From assembly GCA_035289005.1 (NCBI GenBank), contig DATDYN010000017.1, positions 1 through 63,860 of the forward strand: DNA of 63,860 nt. The letters are read 5' to 3'. The notes below the pieces were generated by a model. The model was given only the letters and a program-made list of their open reading frames with translations. It was not told the origin of the DNA and ran no database searches. The stretch comes from Candidatus Nanoarchaeia archaeon. GTDB taxonomy: Archaea; Nanobdellota; Nanobdellia; Woesearchaeales; UBA12501. The position numbers and the translations under genes were made by a program. Below, piece after piece: positions 37,122 through 46,411 of this stretch (the stretch's first letter is position 1; each line of letters begins with the position of its first letter).

Positions 37122-37628
37122 CTAATATCCTGCCTGATCCTCTTCTTCTGATTCTTTTTCAGGCGCTTCAGGAGCGGATTCTTCACCGAAATTCTCAGTG
37201 TCTTCAGGAGCTGGCTTCTGCTCTCGTGGCTGCGCCGCTGGCGCGCTCTGAGCCGATTCTCGCGGCTTGTGCGAGTCCTGCTCGATAGGCCCTTGAGCTT
37301 CTCCGATGACTTCTGCGAATCCTACTTTGCGCAGGACTTTAGTGATCCTTATCCGCACTTCCTGGCCTTCTTTGGTATTAGGGACAAATAAGACAAAACC
37401 TTTTTTCTTAGCTACTCCATCCCCTTTCTCGCCGACAGCCTCGATGCGCACATCAATCTCATCTCCTACCTGCACTGGGGCAAAGCTCTGGCCATAGCTT
37501 CCCCCTCCACTTTCTCTTGAGCCTCCGCCATAACTTCCGCCGCCCCCATAACCGCCGCCATAGCCGCCCCCTCTTGAGCCTCCGCTATAGCTTCCTCCAC
37601 TATATCCCCTGTCATCTCGTCTATCCAT
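37122..37628 (-). CDS. TRAM-domain protein with Gly/Tyr/Ser-rich N-terminus and acidic C-terminus
   Basis: TRAM core VGDEIDVRIEAVGEKGDGVAKKKGFVLFVPNTKEGQEVRIRITKVLRKVGFAEVIG. N-terminal GGSYSGGSRGGGYGGGYGGGGSYGGGSRESGGGSYG. Confidence 0.85.
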   Translation of the reverse strand: MDRRDDRGYSGGSYSGGSRGGGYGGGYGGGGSYGGGSRESGGGSYGQSFAPVQVGDEIDVRIEAVGEKGDGVAKKKGFVLFVPNTKEGQEVRIRITKVLRKVGFAEVIGEAQGPIEQDSHKPRESAQSAPAAQPREQKPAPEDTENFGEESAPEAPEKESEEEDQAGY

Positions 37629-37734
37629 GTTCGGTCACCTATCTGACCCTTTATCTAAGGTCTCTCACTTTCTATGCTTTGCAGCATATAATCCTGTTTA
37701 CGCCGTATTATTATATAAATGTGATGGTTTATTT

Positions 37735-37857
37735 CGCGATGTCCTGAATCTATGATGGAAGACTTTTTTGACGTTGCTTGAATGGCCAATTCTTATGGGG
37801 ATTGATACTCAGGTGTTTATAAGCAACGACAAAAAAGGAAAGATTCAGGACAGAGCC
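37735..37857. mobile_element. MITE-like palindromic element, copy c, flanked by an 8-bp direct repeat
   Basis: CGCGATGTCCTGAATC ... GATTCAGGACAGAGCC. Internal CTTTTTTGACGTTGCTT / AAGCAACGACAAAAAAG. GGTTTATT occurs at 37726-33 and again at 37858-65. Confidence 0.7.
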
Positions 37858-37926
37858 GGTTTATTCTTACCTTGAAAAGCCGAAAGCTCCACGCTTTAGC
37901 GTGGAGATGAAGGCTTTTTGAGGTTC

Positions 37927-38004
37927 CAAAAATCCGCCTGCCAAGGCGAGGAGCGTAAAGCCTCGGCCTGAAGGCCGAGGATAGCTCCGAGCGGCGGATT
38001 TTTG
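37927..38004. repeat. 78-nt palindromic element (CAAAAATCCGCC ... GGCGGATTTTTG)
   Basis: 12-nt perfect terminal inverted repeat. Internal hairpin GCCTCGGCC-TGAA-GGCCGAGG. It is homologous to an expanded 186-nt copy at 54172-54357. Confidence 0.65.
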
Positions 38005-38118
38005 TTACGATACCTTGAATCGCATTATTTGTTGCAGCTTTATCCTTCTGATTCCTAAAATCAGAAATGGGATTGAGATTGACAATCCTTAAATACCTGT
38101 CTCATAAAGCTATCATCC

Positions 38119-38778
38119 ATGAACTATTCAGCAAATTGGAAGATCGCAATCATCCTTGTTTTCGGAATAATATTCTCCCTAATTTCTACATTATTCTTTC
38201 TGAATCGTACGGATATGTCAGGAATAATCATCACAGGGATGGCGACTAATTCCTCTCAGGGCATAGTCAATCTCACTCTTGTCTCAAGCATAGCTATCGC
38301 GCTCTCAGTCACCGCAGTGGATTTCGGTACAGGCTATGTCACTATGGGTTGTTCGAAATGCAGTCTTCATACCCCTAGCGTCATCGAGAATGAGACTTGT
38401 TGTTCAGGATTCAGCTCTCCTGCAAACGGGCTTGTGCTTGAGAACGTAGGCAATCTTGCGGTGAATATCACGATGCAGGTTTTCGATAACGCGACCACTA
38501 TGATCGGCGGCGGAGATCTTGATTATGGAGGCCAAAACATGCCTGAATTCGAGGTTAATGTCACTGAGAAAGAGCTTGGAGCCTGCCCTAGCGGAGGATT
38601 GTATCCTGCCTGCAATAACACCTGGTGTCCTGTGAACGCTACGACTCTCACTTGGTGCGTCTCTTTGCTTCCTGACCAGAGCAAGGATGAGATAACCACA
38701 AATATACGCATAACAATCCCTGAGAATTCAAGGAAAGGGGAGCTGAACACCACTTTTATCTTTGTTGGCAACGCGTAA
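38119..38778 (+). CDS. N-terminally anchored beta-sandwich surface protein, paralogue A
   Basis: 219 aa. TM IAIILVFGIIFSLISTLFFL, then ITGMATNSSQGIVNLTL...VTAVDFGTGYV...LVLENVGNLAVNITMQV (ASH/PapD-like pattern), several Cys residues and many N-x-S/T. Paralogous to 39142-39798. Confidence 0.6.
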   Translation: MNYSANWKIAIILVFGIIFSLISTLFFLNRTDMSGIIITGMATNSSQGIVNLTLVSSIAIALSVTAVDFGTGYVTMGCSKCSLHTPSVIENETCCSGFSSPANGLVLENVGNLAVNITMQVFDNATTMIGGGDLDYGGQNMPEFEVNVTEKELGACPSGGLYPACNNTWCPVNATTLTWCVSLLPDQSKDEITTNIRITIPENSRKGELNTTFIFVGNA

Positions 38779-38920
38779 TCTCTCCCATGAAAGATAGGAT
38801 ATGTCATCACCTAATCCGGATTAAACCTCTCAGGAATGGTCTTTGGGTTATAATCTTTAACGAAAGTTTTATATACTTCCTTAATATTATTCAATTAATA
38901 ATCAGCTAAAAAGGTGAATC

Positions 38921-39145
38921 ATGAGAGAAGATATTTCGAACAAGACCGTGGTCATACTTCTGATATTGACTATTCTTATTGCTGTGAGCGGGACTCTTCT
39001 TGTCCTTGATAAAGCGGAACAGGTCAAGTCAGGGCAGAGTTCTGAAAGGCTGACTGCCCAATCATATCCTATAGGCACTGTTAAGGTTTCGGTGACCTCT
39101 CCTCCTGCACAAGGCAACCCCGCTGATCCAAGGGGTTCTCAATGA
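38921..39145 (+). CDS. Small N-terminally anchored protein (74 aa)
   Basis: MREDISNKTVVILLILTILIAVSGTLLVL resembles the N-termini of both neighbours. The stop overlaps the next start (ATGA). Confidence 0.45.
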   Translation: MREDISNKTVVILLILTILIAVSGTLLVLDKAEQVKSGQSSERLTAQSYPIGTVKVSVTSPPAQGNPADPRGSQ

Positions 39146-39798
39146 GTGAGATGACCAATCGCACTATCGCTGTGCTTCTCATATTTGGGATAGTCTTCTC
39201 TCTTGTTGCCACTCTTGTAAGCCTTAACCGGTTGTCGAATATTGATCGTTTCGGCATTACTGGATTGGTCACTAATACCACTTCCGGGTATGTCAATGCT
39301 TCAGTCACTTCAAGAGTCGCTGTTAATCTTACTCTTGCCGCAGTTGATTTCGGAACAGGGTATGTGGGGATGGGATGCAATAATTGCACGATTGATACTC
39401 AAGGTGGAAGCAATGGCGCTGCCTGTTGTGCTAATTTCCTGACTACTCAGAAAGGGCTTGTGATAGAGAACACAGGCAACACTTATCTCCAGATCGATGT
39501 CAATTTCAGCAAGAACGCGAGCGAGTTCATAGGCGGCACAGTCTCTGTCGCTAAATTCATGATGCTTGTTGTCCAGAACGATTCCGCGAGCTGCCATACT
39601 TTAGGAGCGACATGGTCTAGCGGCTATGCGAATGTGCCGATATATAACACTGGCGAGTCTGCCGGTCTTGTCTGCAATGTCCTTTCTCCGAATGCGGCGA
39701 ATGACAGCATAAGGCTGCATATCAATATCACGATCCCTGATAACGCCCCTTCAGGCGATAAGAACGCTTCTGTCTGGGTGACAGGCACAGGATTGTGA
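39142..39798 (+). CDS. N-terminally anchored beta-sandwich surface protein, paralogue B
   Basis: 218 aa. TIAVLLIFGIVFSLVATLVSL, ITGLVTNTTSGYVNASV...LAAVDFGTGYV...LVIENTGNTYLQIDVNF. A T8 run follows the stop. Confidence 0.6.
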   Translation: MSEMTNRTIAVLLIFGIVFSLVATLVSLNRLSNIDRFGITGLVTNTTSGYVNASVTSRVAVNLTLAAVDFGTGYVGMGCNNCTIDTQGGSNGAACCANFLTTQKGLVIENTGNTYLQIDVNFSKNASEFIGGTVSVAKFMMLVVQNDSASCHTLGATWSSGYANVPIYNTGESAGLVCNVLSPNAANDSIRLHINITIPDNAPSGDKNASVWVTGTGL

Positions 39799-40179
39799 AT
39801 CTTCCCTCTTTTTTTTAGGTATATTAATCGATCTTAAGCAATGCCACAGGATCTTTCTTTCAGGTAATTTTTCCGGTTCTGTAGAAAGTAATATGTTGCT
39901 GTCGGTGCCGCGTCTCAGTCTCTAACTGAGGCAGATTCTTTTCCCCTAGGCATGGTGATGGGAATCTGGTTCCCAAAAACGCATTCACGATGCATTTTTG
40001 CGATGTTCGGAAATGTCGAAGACTGCTGTCTTCGAACATGCTCAGAAATAGCCCTGCCGATTCCCGAGATGTGCATAACACAGCTTCGGCGACCTAATTC
40101 AAGTATCCCTCAAAGAATCCAATAAGGATATCTTGCTCTCTACAAAGCTAATTCTTCCGCAAGATTTATATGACCTTGA

Positions 40180-42630
40180 ATGCTGTTTCTATCTATGGGA
40201 CGGGGCAGAAGTGATGGTTTGGCTGCTGAGACAGCATTCACTTATGGTATTGCCCTGATTTTGGTGATTATCTCTCTTGTCTATTTCCGTTCTTTCCGCT
40301 CTGAGCTACCGAAGTTCATCGCAAGTTTCGCAGGGATATTGCTTCTTTCTCTTGGATGGGCGCTTTTCTGCGCAAGAAGCGGCAAGCGCATGATCAACAA
40401 GAATCCTTTGATGATCCCGATACTGTTATTCCTGTCTGCAAGCGCTTTGTCCTTGCTGAATTCTGATTATCCTTTCTTCAGCCTGATTGCGCTTGCAATC
40501 CTAGCAAGCCACATATTTCTGTTCTTTCTCGTAACTTCTGTCGTGAATAGTGAATATCTTGAAGAGATATTCCTGAAAGCGGTATTTCTCATAATACTTG
40601 CGGCGTCAGGATACTCTTTCCTTCAGCGCTTCTTCCCCAGCGACATCTTGCTTCCTTTTAGCGAGAGGATAAGCTCAACATTCCTCAATTCAGACTTTTT
40701 CGCGGCATTCATCATGATGTCTTTGCCTTTAGCGATATATTCCCTGTTCAAGAAAGATGCATTTAATGAAATGGCGGGATTTGCGTTGGCCTTATCAGCC
40801 ATTCTTATCTCTGTTCTCGGCATGCTTTGCACTTTAAGCCGTTCTGCAGCTCTAGGGGTAGCAGTCTCTCTCTCTTTCATGGCAGTCATTGACAGGAAAT
40901 GCTTTTGTCAGCAAAAAGCAAAGCTCGCTATCCTCTCATTAGCAGTATTTGCGTTACTGATATTCAGCTTCACTGCAGGCTCTTCTTATTGCACCTATTT
41001 CGGGAACGGCATTTCAGAATCAGTTGAGTACAGGATCAGTGAGACATTAACCAATCTTCCCGGAAAGCAGCCAGGCATCTATCAAGATGTTAGTGGCCTT
41101 TCTCAGGATATCAATTGGTCTTCTCAGGATATTGAAGGTTCTTCCCTATATCCTTCTCAGATGTCAGTTATCAGCTATGTGCAGAGCATCATTCTCGGAG
41201 AGAATCTCTCATTCAATAAGAAGACTGAAGCTATCATCTTCATACTTCCGATAGATCCAGCGCGCAAGATATATTATTCTTCAGCAGTGCTCATGATCGC
41301 TGACCATCCTCTGATAGGTAATGGGTTGGGGGCTTTTGGCCTGGCAGTCCCTGATTATTCCTCGGATTATATGCTTTATCCGGAGTATTACCAGCCAAGG
41401 AAGATACATGCGCACAATGAATTCCTTCAAGTGATGGCAGAGACAGGTCTTTTCGGGATTATGGCTTTCTTGGCGATCATCATCATATTCTTTAGGATGA
41501 TGCTTGTTCATATCCTTAATCTAGGAAACTCTGGCGTTCTCAGGGGCAGCGCCGCTTCACTCCTGAAACTGCAGCAGCGCAAGTCTTTCATGATAGCTGT
41601 GAGCGCTTCAATACTTGCGATCCTTGTCCAGAACATATTCAGCAATAGCTTAAGGTATCCCACGACGCAATACTTATTCTGGGTTGTGTTAGGCATAGGC
41701 GTAGCCGCAGCAATGCGCTTCAGGAAAGAGGGAGAAAGCGCAACTGAAGATAAGCGTTCTCCGATCAGGAGCATTGTTCAAAAGGGAGACGTTAGCAGGA
41801 TCAGCGCTCCAGTATTCGTGATACTCTCAATCCTTTCAGCATTGGTCATTCTGGTAGTGATGTTCTTATCATTCAGGGCGGTAGAGTCAGACCTCATCGC
41901 TTCTGATGCTGGCGACGCGGATGATTACTGGCGCGCGATCATGGCAAATCCTCTGAATCTCGATCCTTACTGGGGGCTGATGCTTGAAGGGTATAAGCGC
42001 AGGGATTATGCTTTGATATATTCCACTCTTGACAGATTAGGCGCGGTGATTCCCGGGCATTTACTTGTCAATTATCATCATGGCAAAGCATTGATGGAGC
42101 AGGGAAGGTATTCTGAAGCAAGGCAGGAATTCTTATCAGTCAAGAATCCTGTATTGAGAGATTATAATGTCGCGCTGTCTTATTATCGGGAGAATGATCC
42201 TGTCTCAGCATTGCTCTGGACAAGAGAAGCAATGCGAGAAGGGATGAACAACTCTCACGTCCATTCATTGCTTGCTGAGCTCCTGATAACTTCCGGAGAC
42301 AATGCAGGTGCAAGGCATGAGTTTGAGATCGCGTTGGCCAAAGACGAGTCTAATGTGCGGGCGGCTTATTATCTCGGGGCGCTCTCACTGTATGAAGGGA
42401 ATGCTACTGGCGCATCAGGAATATTTAATCACATAATCTTGTCTTTTTCCTATTATGACTCTTTGTCTGATGATCAAAAGGAGGTATTGCGCAATATGAT
42501 CCATCTCGACAGCGCTAATAATCTCTCTTTAGGGGGGAATTTCCCAGTATACAAAGAACTGTTTGAATTTGAGGCAGGGCAAAGGTTTTCTGCAGACATC
42601 TCTGCCGCCGCGAAATCCTTTATAAGATGA
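40180..42630 (+). CDS. O-antigen ligase (Wzy_C)-like polytopic membrane protein fused to C-terminal TPR repeats
   Basis: About 12 TM segments with the loop motif KIHAHNEFLQVMAETGLFGIMAFLAIIIIF. The C-terminal ~250 aa contain TPR-like repeats (GKALMEQGRYSEARQEF; LAELLITSGDNAGARHEFEIALAKDESN). Confidence 0.7.
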   Translation: MLFLSMGRGRSDGLAAETAFTYGIALILVIISLVYFRSFRSELPKFIASFAGILLLSLGWALFCARSGKRMINKNPLMIPILLFLSASALSLLNSDYPFFSLIALAILASHIFLFFLVTSVVNSEYLEEIFLKAVFLIILAASGYSFLQRFFPSDILLPFSERISSTFLNSDFFAAFIMMSLPLAIYSLFKKDAFNEMAGFALALSAILISVLGMLCTLSRSAALGVAVSLSFMAVIDRKCFCQQKAKLAILSLAVFALLIFSFTAGSSYCTYFGNGISESVEYRISETLTNLPGKQPGIYQDVSGLSQDINWSSQDIEGSSLYPSQMSVISYVQSIILGENLSFNKKTEAIIFILPIDPARKIYYSSAVLMIADHPLIGNGLGAFGLAVPDYSSDYMLYPEYYQPRKIHAHNEFLQVMAETGLFGIMAFLAIIIIFFRMMLVHILNLGNSGVLRGSAASLLKLQQRKSFMIAVSASILAILVQNIFSNSLRYPTTQYLFWVVLGIGVAAAMRFRKEGESATEDKRSPIRSIVQKGDVSRISAPVFVILSILSALVILVVMFLSFRAVESDLIASDAGDADDYWRAIMANPLNLDPYWGLMLEGYKRRDYALIYSTLDRLGAVIPGHLLVNYHHGKALMEQGRYSEARQEFLSVKNPVLRDYNVALSYYRENDPVSALLWTREAMREGMNNSHVHSLLAELLITSGDNAGARHEFEIALAKDESNVRAAYYLGALSLYEGNATGASGIFNHIILSFSYYDSLSDDQKEVLRNMIHLDSANNLSLGGNFPVYKELFEFEAGQRFSADISAAAKSFIR

Positions 42631-42683
42631 CTCACTTTAGTTTATCTTTCCAATAGGATTAATCATCTTATCTCGTAATTATC

Positions 42684-44048
42684 TTGGGCATGTTCTGTCA
42701 CAACCTTTATAATGCTCTCCTCTCTCCAGGCATTATGCTTTTAGGCATAAAATTAGAGGTTCAGGACGCAGAAAGGCGCAACATTTCCCTATCGTCTATA
42801 TTCTTATTATTCATTCTGGCAGCATCGTTATCATTGTCTTCCTCTGCAGTCTCAGCCATAGGCATAAGCACAGGGCAGCTTCCTTCGCTTTATGTCTTTG
42901 AGCCAGGCAAAGAGATCACGTTCCAGATGACCTGTTATGAGTACACTAACGATTGTGAAGTCTATTCAGAAGGGGATCTTTCTGAAGCGACAGTCATAAC
43001 CCCTCTCAAGCAGACAGATGAGGATTCTAAAAATTTCATCATTACGATAAAGATCCCTGCGACCGAGCCAAATCCTGGCAGGCACGCGCTCTATATCGTG
43101 GCTTCTGATGTGAAGTCTCAGATTGACGCAGGGATATCAGTCCTCACAAGGGTCAGGAAGAGCTTCGTATTCATGGTCCTTTATGGTTCTCCCTATATCG
43201 AGGCAGCCTTGTCAGTGCATAATATCAATGAGGGCGAAGAGGGTAGACTCATCTTCTCTATTATAAACTATGGGAAGTATGATCTTGGCAGTGTTTATGG
43301 GACAGCCGATATCTATAATTCAGAAGGGGTTAAAGTGGGAAGAGCGATGACTGGTTCGCATCCAATCAAGTCCACTGAAGGTGTTACTCTGACAGCATTC
43401 TGGAATTCTTCAGGGAACAAAGGGGGAGATTATCTCGCTGTAGGCAAGATATATTATGACGGCAGTGAAGCTTACCTGAACCAATCTTTCCTCATAGGGC
43501 AGAAAGTTCTTTCATTGGTCAATCACACTAAAGATTTCGAGGTAGGCAAGATCAGCAGGATGGATATCCTGCTTAAGAATGAATGGAATGGCCCGATAGA
43601 CAGCGCTTTTGCGACTGTCATTCTTAATGGCACAGTGTCCAAGACCCCTTCAGTATCTTTCTTCCAATTCCAGACTCAGGCTGTCTCAGCATATATAGAC
43701 ACTTCACCATCATCGCCTGGCGAGCATGAAGTCCTGTTCACTCTCTCATTCGACGGCTTCTACAAAGAGGTGAAAGGAACAATAAACGTGTTCAAGTCTG
43801 AAGAGCCAGAACCCTATATGCCTTTCGGATTAGGGATGAATACTACTACTCTGCTTGTGATAACTATAGTTCTCTTAGTCCTGCTTAACCTTTTCATGAT
43901 GTTCATTCACAAGAGGAATAAAGAGCATAAAAAACCCGAACAGAGCGCTTCAGATAATAACTCTGCAGGGCAGAATATCATTGAACAAAAAAGAGAGGGG
44001 CAGGCGTCAAATTCGTCAGGTTCTGAGAATAAGAGTGAAGTTAGATAG
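42684..44048 (+). CDS. Surface protein with tandem beta-sandwich domains and C-terminal TM anchor
   Basis: Signal-like IFLLFILAASLSLSSSAVSA, repeated Ig-like segments, TM TTLLVITIVLLVLLNLFMMFI and a basic tail. The start is uncertain (non-ATG at 42684; Met at about 42735). Confidence 0.55.
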   Translation: MGMFCHNLYNALLSPGIMLLGIKLEVQDAERRNISLSSIFLLFILAASLSLSSSAVSAIGISTGQLPSLYVFEPGKEITFQMTCYEYTNDCEVYSEGDLSEATVITPLKQTDEDSKNFIITIKIPATEPNPGRHALYIVASDVKSQIDAGISVLTRVRKSFVFMVLYGSPYIEAALSVHNINEGEEGRLIFSIINYGKYDLGSVYGTADIYNSEGVKVGRAMTGSHPIKSTEGVTLTAFWNSSGNKGGDYLAVGKIYYDGSEAYLNQSFLIGQKVLSLVNHTKDFEVGKISRMDILLKNEWNGPIDSAFATVILNGTVSKTPSVSFFQFQTQAVSAYIDTSPSSPGEHEVLFTLSFDGFYKEVKGTINVFKSEEPEPYMPFGLGMNTTTLLVITIVLLVLLNLFMMFIHKRNKEHKKPEQSASDNNSAGQNIIEQKREGQASNSSGSENKSEVR

Positions 44049-44136
44049 CGCGAAAGTCATAGTGGCAAAAGATCTCAGGATAAAGACCTTAAATCCATTT
44101 AATTTAAAAAGGCAGAGCATTTTTAGGTGAAAGAGC

Positions 44137-44628
44137 ATGGCAAAAGCATCTCATAAGAGCAAAAAAGGAAAGAAGCCGCAACAGAAATCTGGAATGAGCG
44201 CAAGAAGGCTCATCGTTCTGGTAATTGCATTCTTCATAGTGTTCTGCGTCTTCACTGCCTCAGCTTATCTATATCTTAATCAGGAAAGTCTTCTGTTCGG
44301 CGTTGAGAAAGTATTCATTGTCCCTGCCATGATGGAGATAGGGGATCGTGTCGGGGTGAATGCGGATAATGATGTCATGAATTTCGGGATCATCCCTCAA
44401 GGGTCTGCCTCTTTCAGGACGGTGAATGTGACTAATACTCATGATTACAGATTGCGTCTAGCGATATCTTCCGAAGGCAATATCTCTTCAATGCTTTCGT
44501 TCGTACCTAAGCAGATAATTCCTCCTAGAAGCTCTGTTGAAGTCAGCATAAGCGCTGGAGCGCCTGCAAGCCGCAGTTCTTCTAAATATTCAGGAAATGT
44601 CACTTTCACGTTCTTCAAAGAGAGTTGA
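44137..44628 (+). CDS. N-terminally anchored single beta-sandwich protein
   Basis: Basic N-terminus and TM (LIVLVIAFFIVFCVFTASAYL), then MNFGIIPQGSASFRTVNVTNTHDYRLRLAISSEG (ASH/DUF1573-like pattern). AGGTGA RBS. Confidence 0.55.
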   Translation: MAKASHKSKKGKKPQQKSGMSARRLIVLVIAFFIVFCVFTASAYLYLNQESLLFGVEKVFIVPAMMEIGDRVGVNADNDVMNFGIIPQGSASFRTVNVTNTHDYRLRLAISSEGNISSMLSFVPKQIIPPRSSVEVSISAGAPASRSSSKYSGNVTFTFFKES

Positions 44629-44674
44629 GAATCCAGCACAATCATCATGTTGGTCAGTCTGATAAATAAGAGGG

Positions 44675-46363
44675 ATGATGGTCTCAGGAAGAGAGAAGAA
44701 GTCAAGGACAATGATGTTCGCCTTCATGGCTGCATTATTCGCTTCTTTTTTGATGATAGATGTCATGATATTCAATTCTGGAAAGGAGCTGGATCCTGGG
44801 TTCATGACTGGGAAAGCCACTCAGACAGTAGGCTCAGTCAGTGTCTGCATCAACAAGCCTCCGACAATCTCTTTCTCATGCAGCAATGCGGTAATAGATA
44901 CGTTATATTCTTGCGATATAGACGCGTTGACAGACAGTGATCAGAATGTCATTCTTTTCGATAATTCAAGCTTCTTTGACATCAATCCTTCCACAGGGAT
45001 GATATCTTTCACTCCGCTGAGCAGCCATAATGGCACTTCAAGGATCAATATAACCGCTAAAGACAATAGCTCTTGCGGCAATAATGTCGCTTCAGCGGAA
45101 TTTGTCCTGAATGTGAGCGGCGCTGTCCCGATAGCTTGCGGAGATAATTCATGCCATCAGTCAGAAGATTGCAGTTCTTGCGCAACAGACTGCGGCAGCT
45201 GCGTTGTGAGCGCAATCGGCGCAAGAGGAAGCAGGGGATTGACTGTAATTCCAGGAAATACCTTCTCTATTAATGTTGATGCAATAAAAGTCCATCTTAT
45301 CCAGGGAGAGTCTTTGCAGCAATCTTTCGCAATAACTAATATTGGAGAGGCGCAACTCTCATTCACTCTTAATCTTCTGCCGGCATTCTCTTTTATAACC
45401 ATTGATCCGAAGATATTTGTTTTGAGTAAAGGCGAGTCGCAGGATATACTCGCGTTATTCGTGATAGATGACAATCTCAAACCCGGGGTGTATGTCGGAG
45501 AGTTGATTGTCAAGGTATTTCCTTCAAAGGGGAGAATGATAAAGAAATCCATTCCTGTAATTGTTGAAGTTGAATCCAGCAAGATGCTGAAAGATGTCAC
45601 TGTGGAGTTTTCTTCTGAATTATATGAATTATTCCCTGGAGAAGAGTTGAGCGGCCAGGTCACAATATCTTCGCGCAGATCGGGCATTCCAATTGACGCT
45701 GAGATCGAGTATATTCTCAAGGATCTGAGGAATTCGGTCATAATCCGTGAGACAGACCATATCACTCTGACAGATCAAGCATCAACACTGAAGAAAATTC
45801 GACTTCCTGACCAGATTGCTGAAGGACAGTATGTTTTTGTTGTGCAGATTAGGGTAGGGGAGGATATAGCCGTCTCATCAAAGGTATTCCGCGTCTCTAA
45901 TAAGAAGGAAAGAGTGATTGAAGAGGCCACAATCATTGCTGAGCGTTCAGCGCAGAATAATTTCATAATTCTTGTTGTGGCAGTCTCTGCGCTCGCAATA
46001 GCTGGAGCGGCAGTCTTCTTCACTCACAGGCGCAGCCTGTTGAGGCTCGAGAATGAGCAGAAGCAGAAGATAAAGGAAGGGATTGAGGCGTTTGCGGTGG
46101 AGTACAAGCATGACATGGATGAATTGCGGCAGGCGCTCTCTGTAAGCTCTGTGCATGAGGCGGAACAAGATGTTGAGGCTTATCTTCTCAAGCTTGAATG
46201 GTATGTCGAGGAAGTCCTTGGCAAAGGGTTCCATCCTGATCAGGTAAGGACGCATCTTAAGGCGCACGGATGGAGTGAAGCGCATATCGAACGCGCGTTG
46301 ATGAATGTGAAGCGCAAGATGATGGATAAGCGCGTTGATGATCTCAAGAAGATGGTGAAATAA
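44675..46363 (+). CDS. Surface protein: cadherin-like/'putative Ig' domain, Cys-rich knot, PapD-like domains, C-terminal TM and cytoplasmic tail
   Basis: PPTISFSCSNAVIDTLYSCDIDALTDSDQNVILFDNSSFFDINPSTGMISFTP; CGDNSCHQSEDCSSCATDCGSC; LQQSFAITNIGEAQLSFTLN; TM FIILVVAVSALAIAGAAVFF; tail with GFHPDQVRTHLKAHGWSEAHIERAL. Confidence 0.6.
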   Translation: MMVSGREKKSRTMMFAFMAALFASFLMIDVMIFNSGKELDPGFMTGKATQTVGSVSVCINKPPTISFSCSNAVIDTLYSCDIDALTDSDQNVILFDNSSFFDINPSTGMISFTPLSSHNGTSRINITAKDNSSCGNNVASAEFVLNVSGAVPIACGDNSCHQSEDCSSCATDCGSCVVSAIGARGSRGLTVIPGNTFSINVDAIKVHLIQGESLQQSFAITNIGEAQLSFTLNLLPAFSFITIDPKIFVLSKGESQDILALFVIDDNLKPGVYVGELIVKVFPSKGRMIKKSIPVIVEVESSKMLKDVTVEFSSELYELFPGEELSGQVTISSRRSGIPIDAEIEYILKDLRNSVIIRETDHITLTDQASTLKKIRLPDQIAEGQYVFVVQIRVGEDIAVSSKVFRVSNKKERVIEEATIIAERSAQNNFIILVVAVSALAIAGAAVFFTHRRSLLRLENEQKQKIKEGIEAFAVEYKHDMDELRQALSVSSVHEAEQDVEAYLLKLEWYVEEVLGKGFHPDQVRTHLKAHGWSEAHIERALMNVKRKMMDKRVDDLKKMVK

Positions 46364-46411
46364 TCCGTTAAAAACACAGATTTTATAAAGAATCTGAAGG
46401 TAAGTTTCTCA

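Noticed and set aside
38119-39798. Calling the three N-anchored proteins type IV pilins/archaellins
   Set aside because: Their N-termini lack the [KR]-G/A cleavage motif before the hydrophobic stretch, and the hydrophobic segment is followed by a conserved ITG..TN segment unlike known pilins. They are kept as anchored surface proteins.
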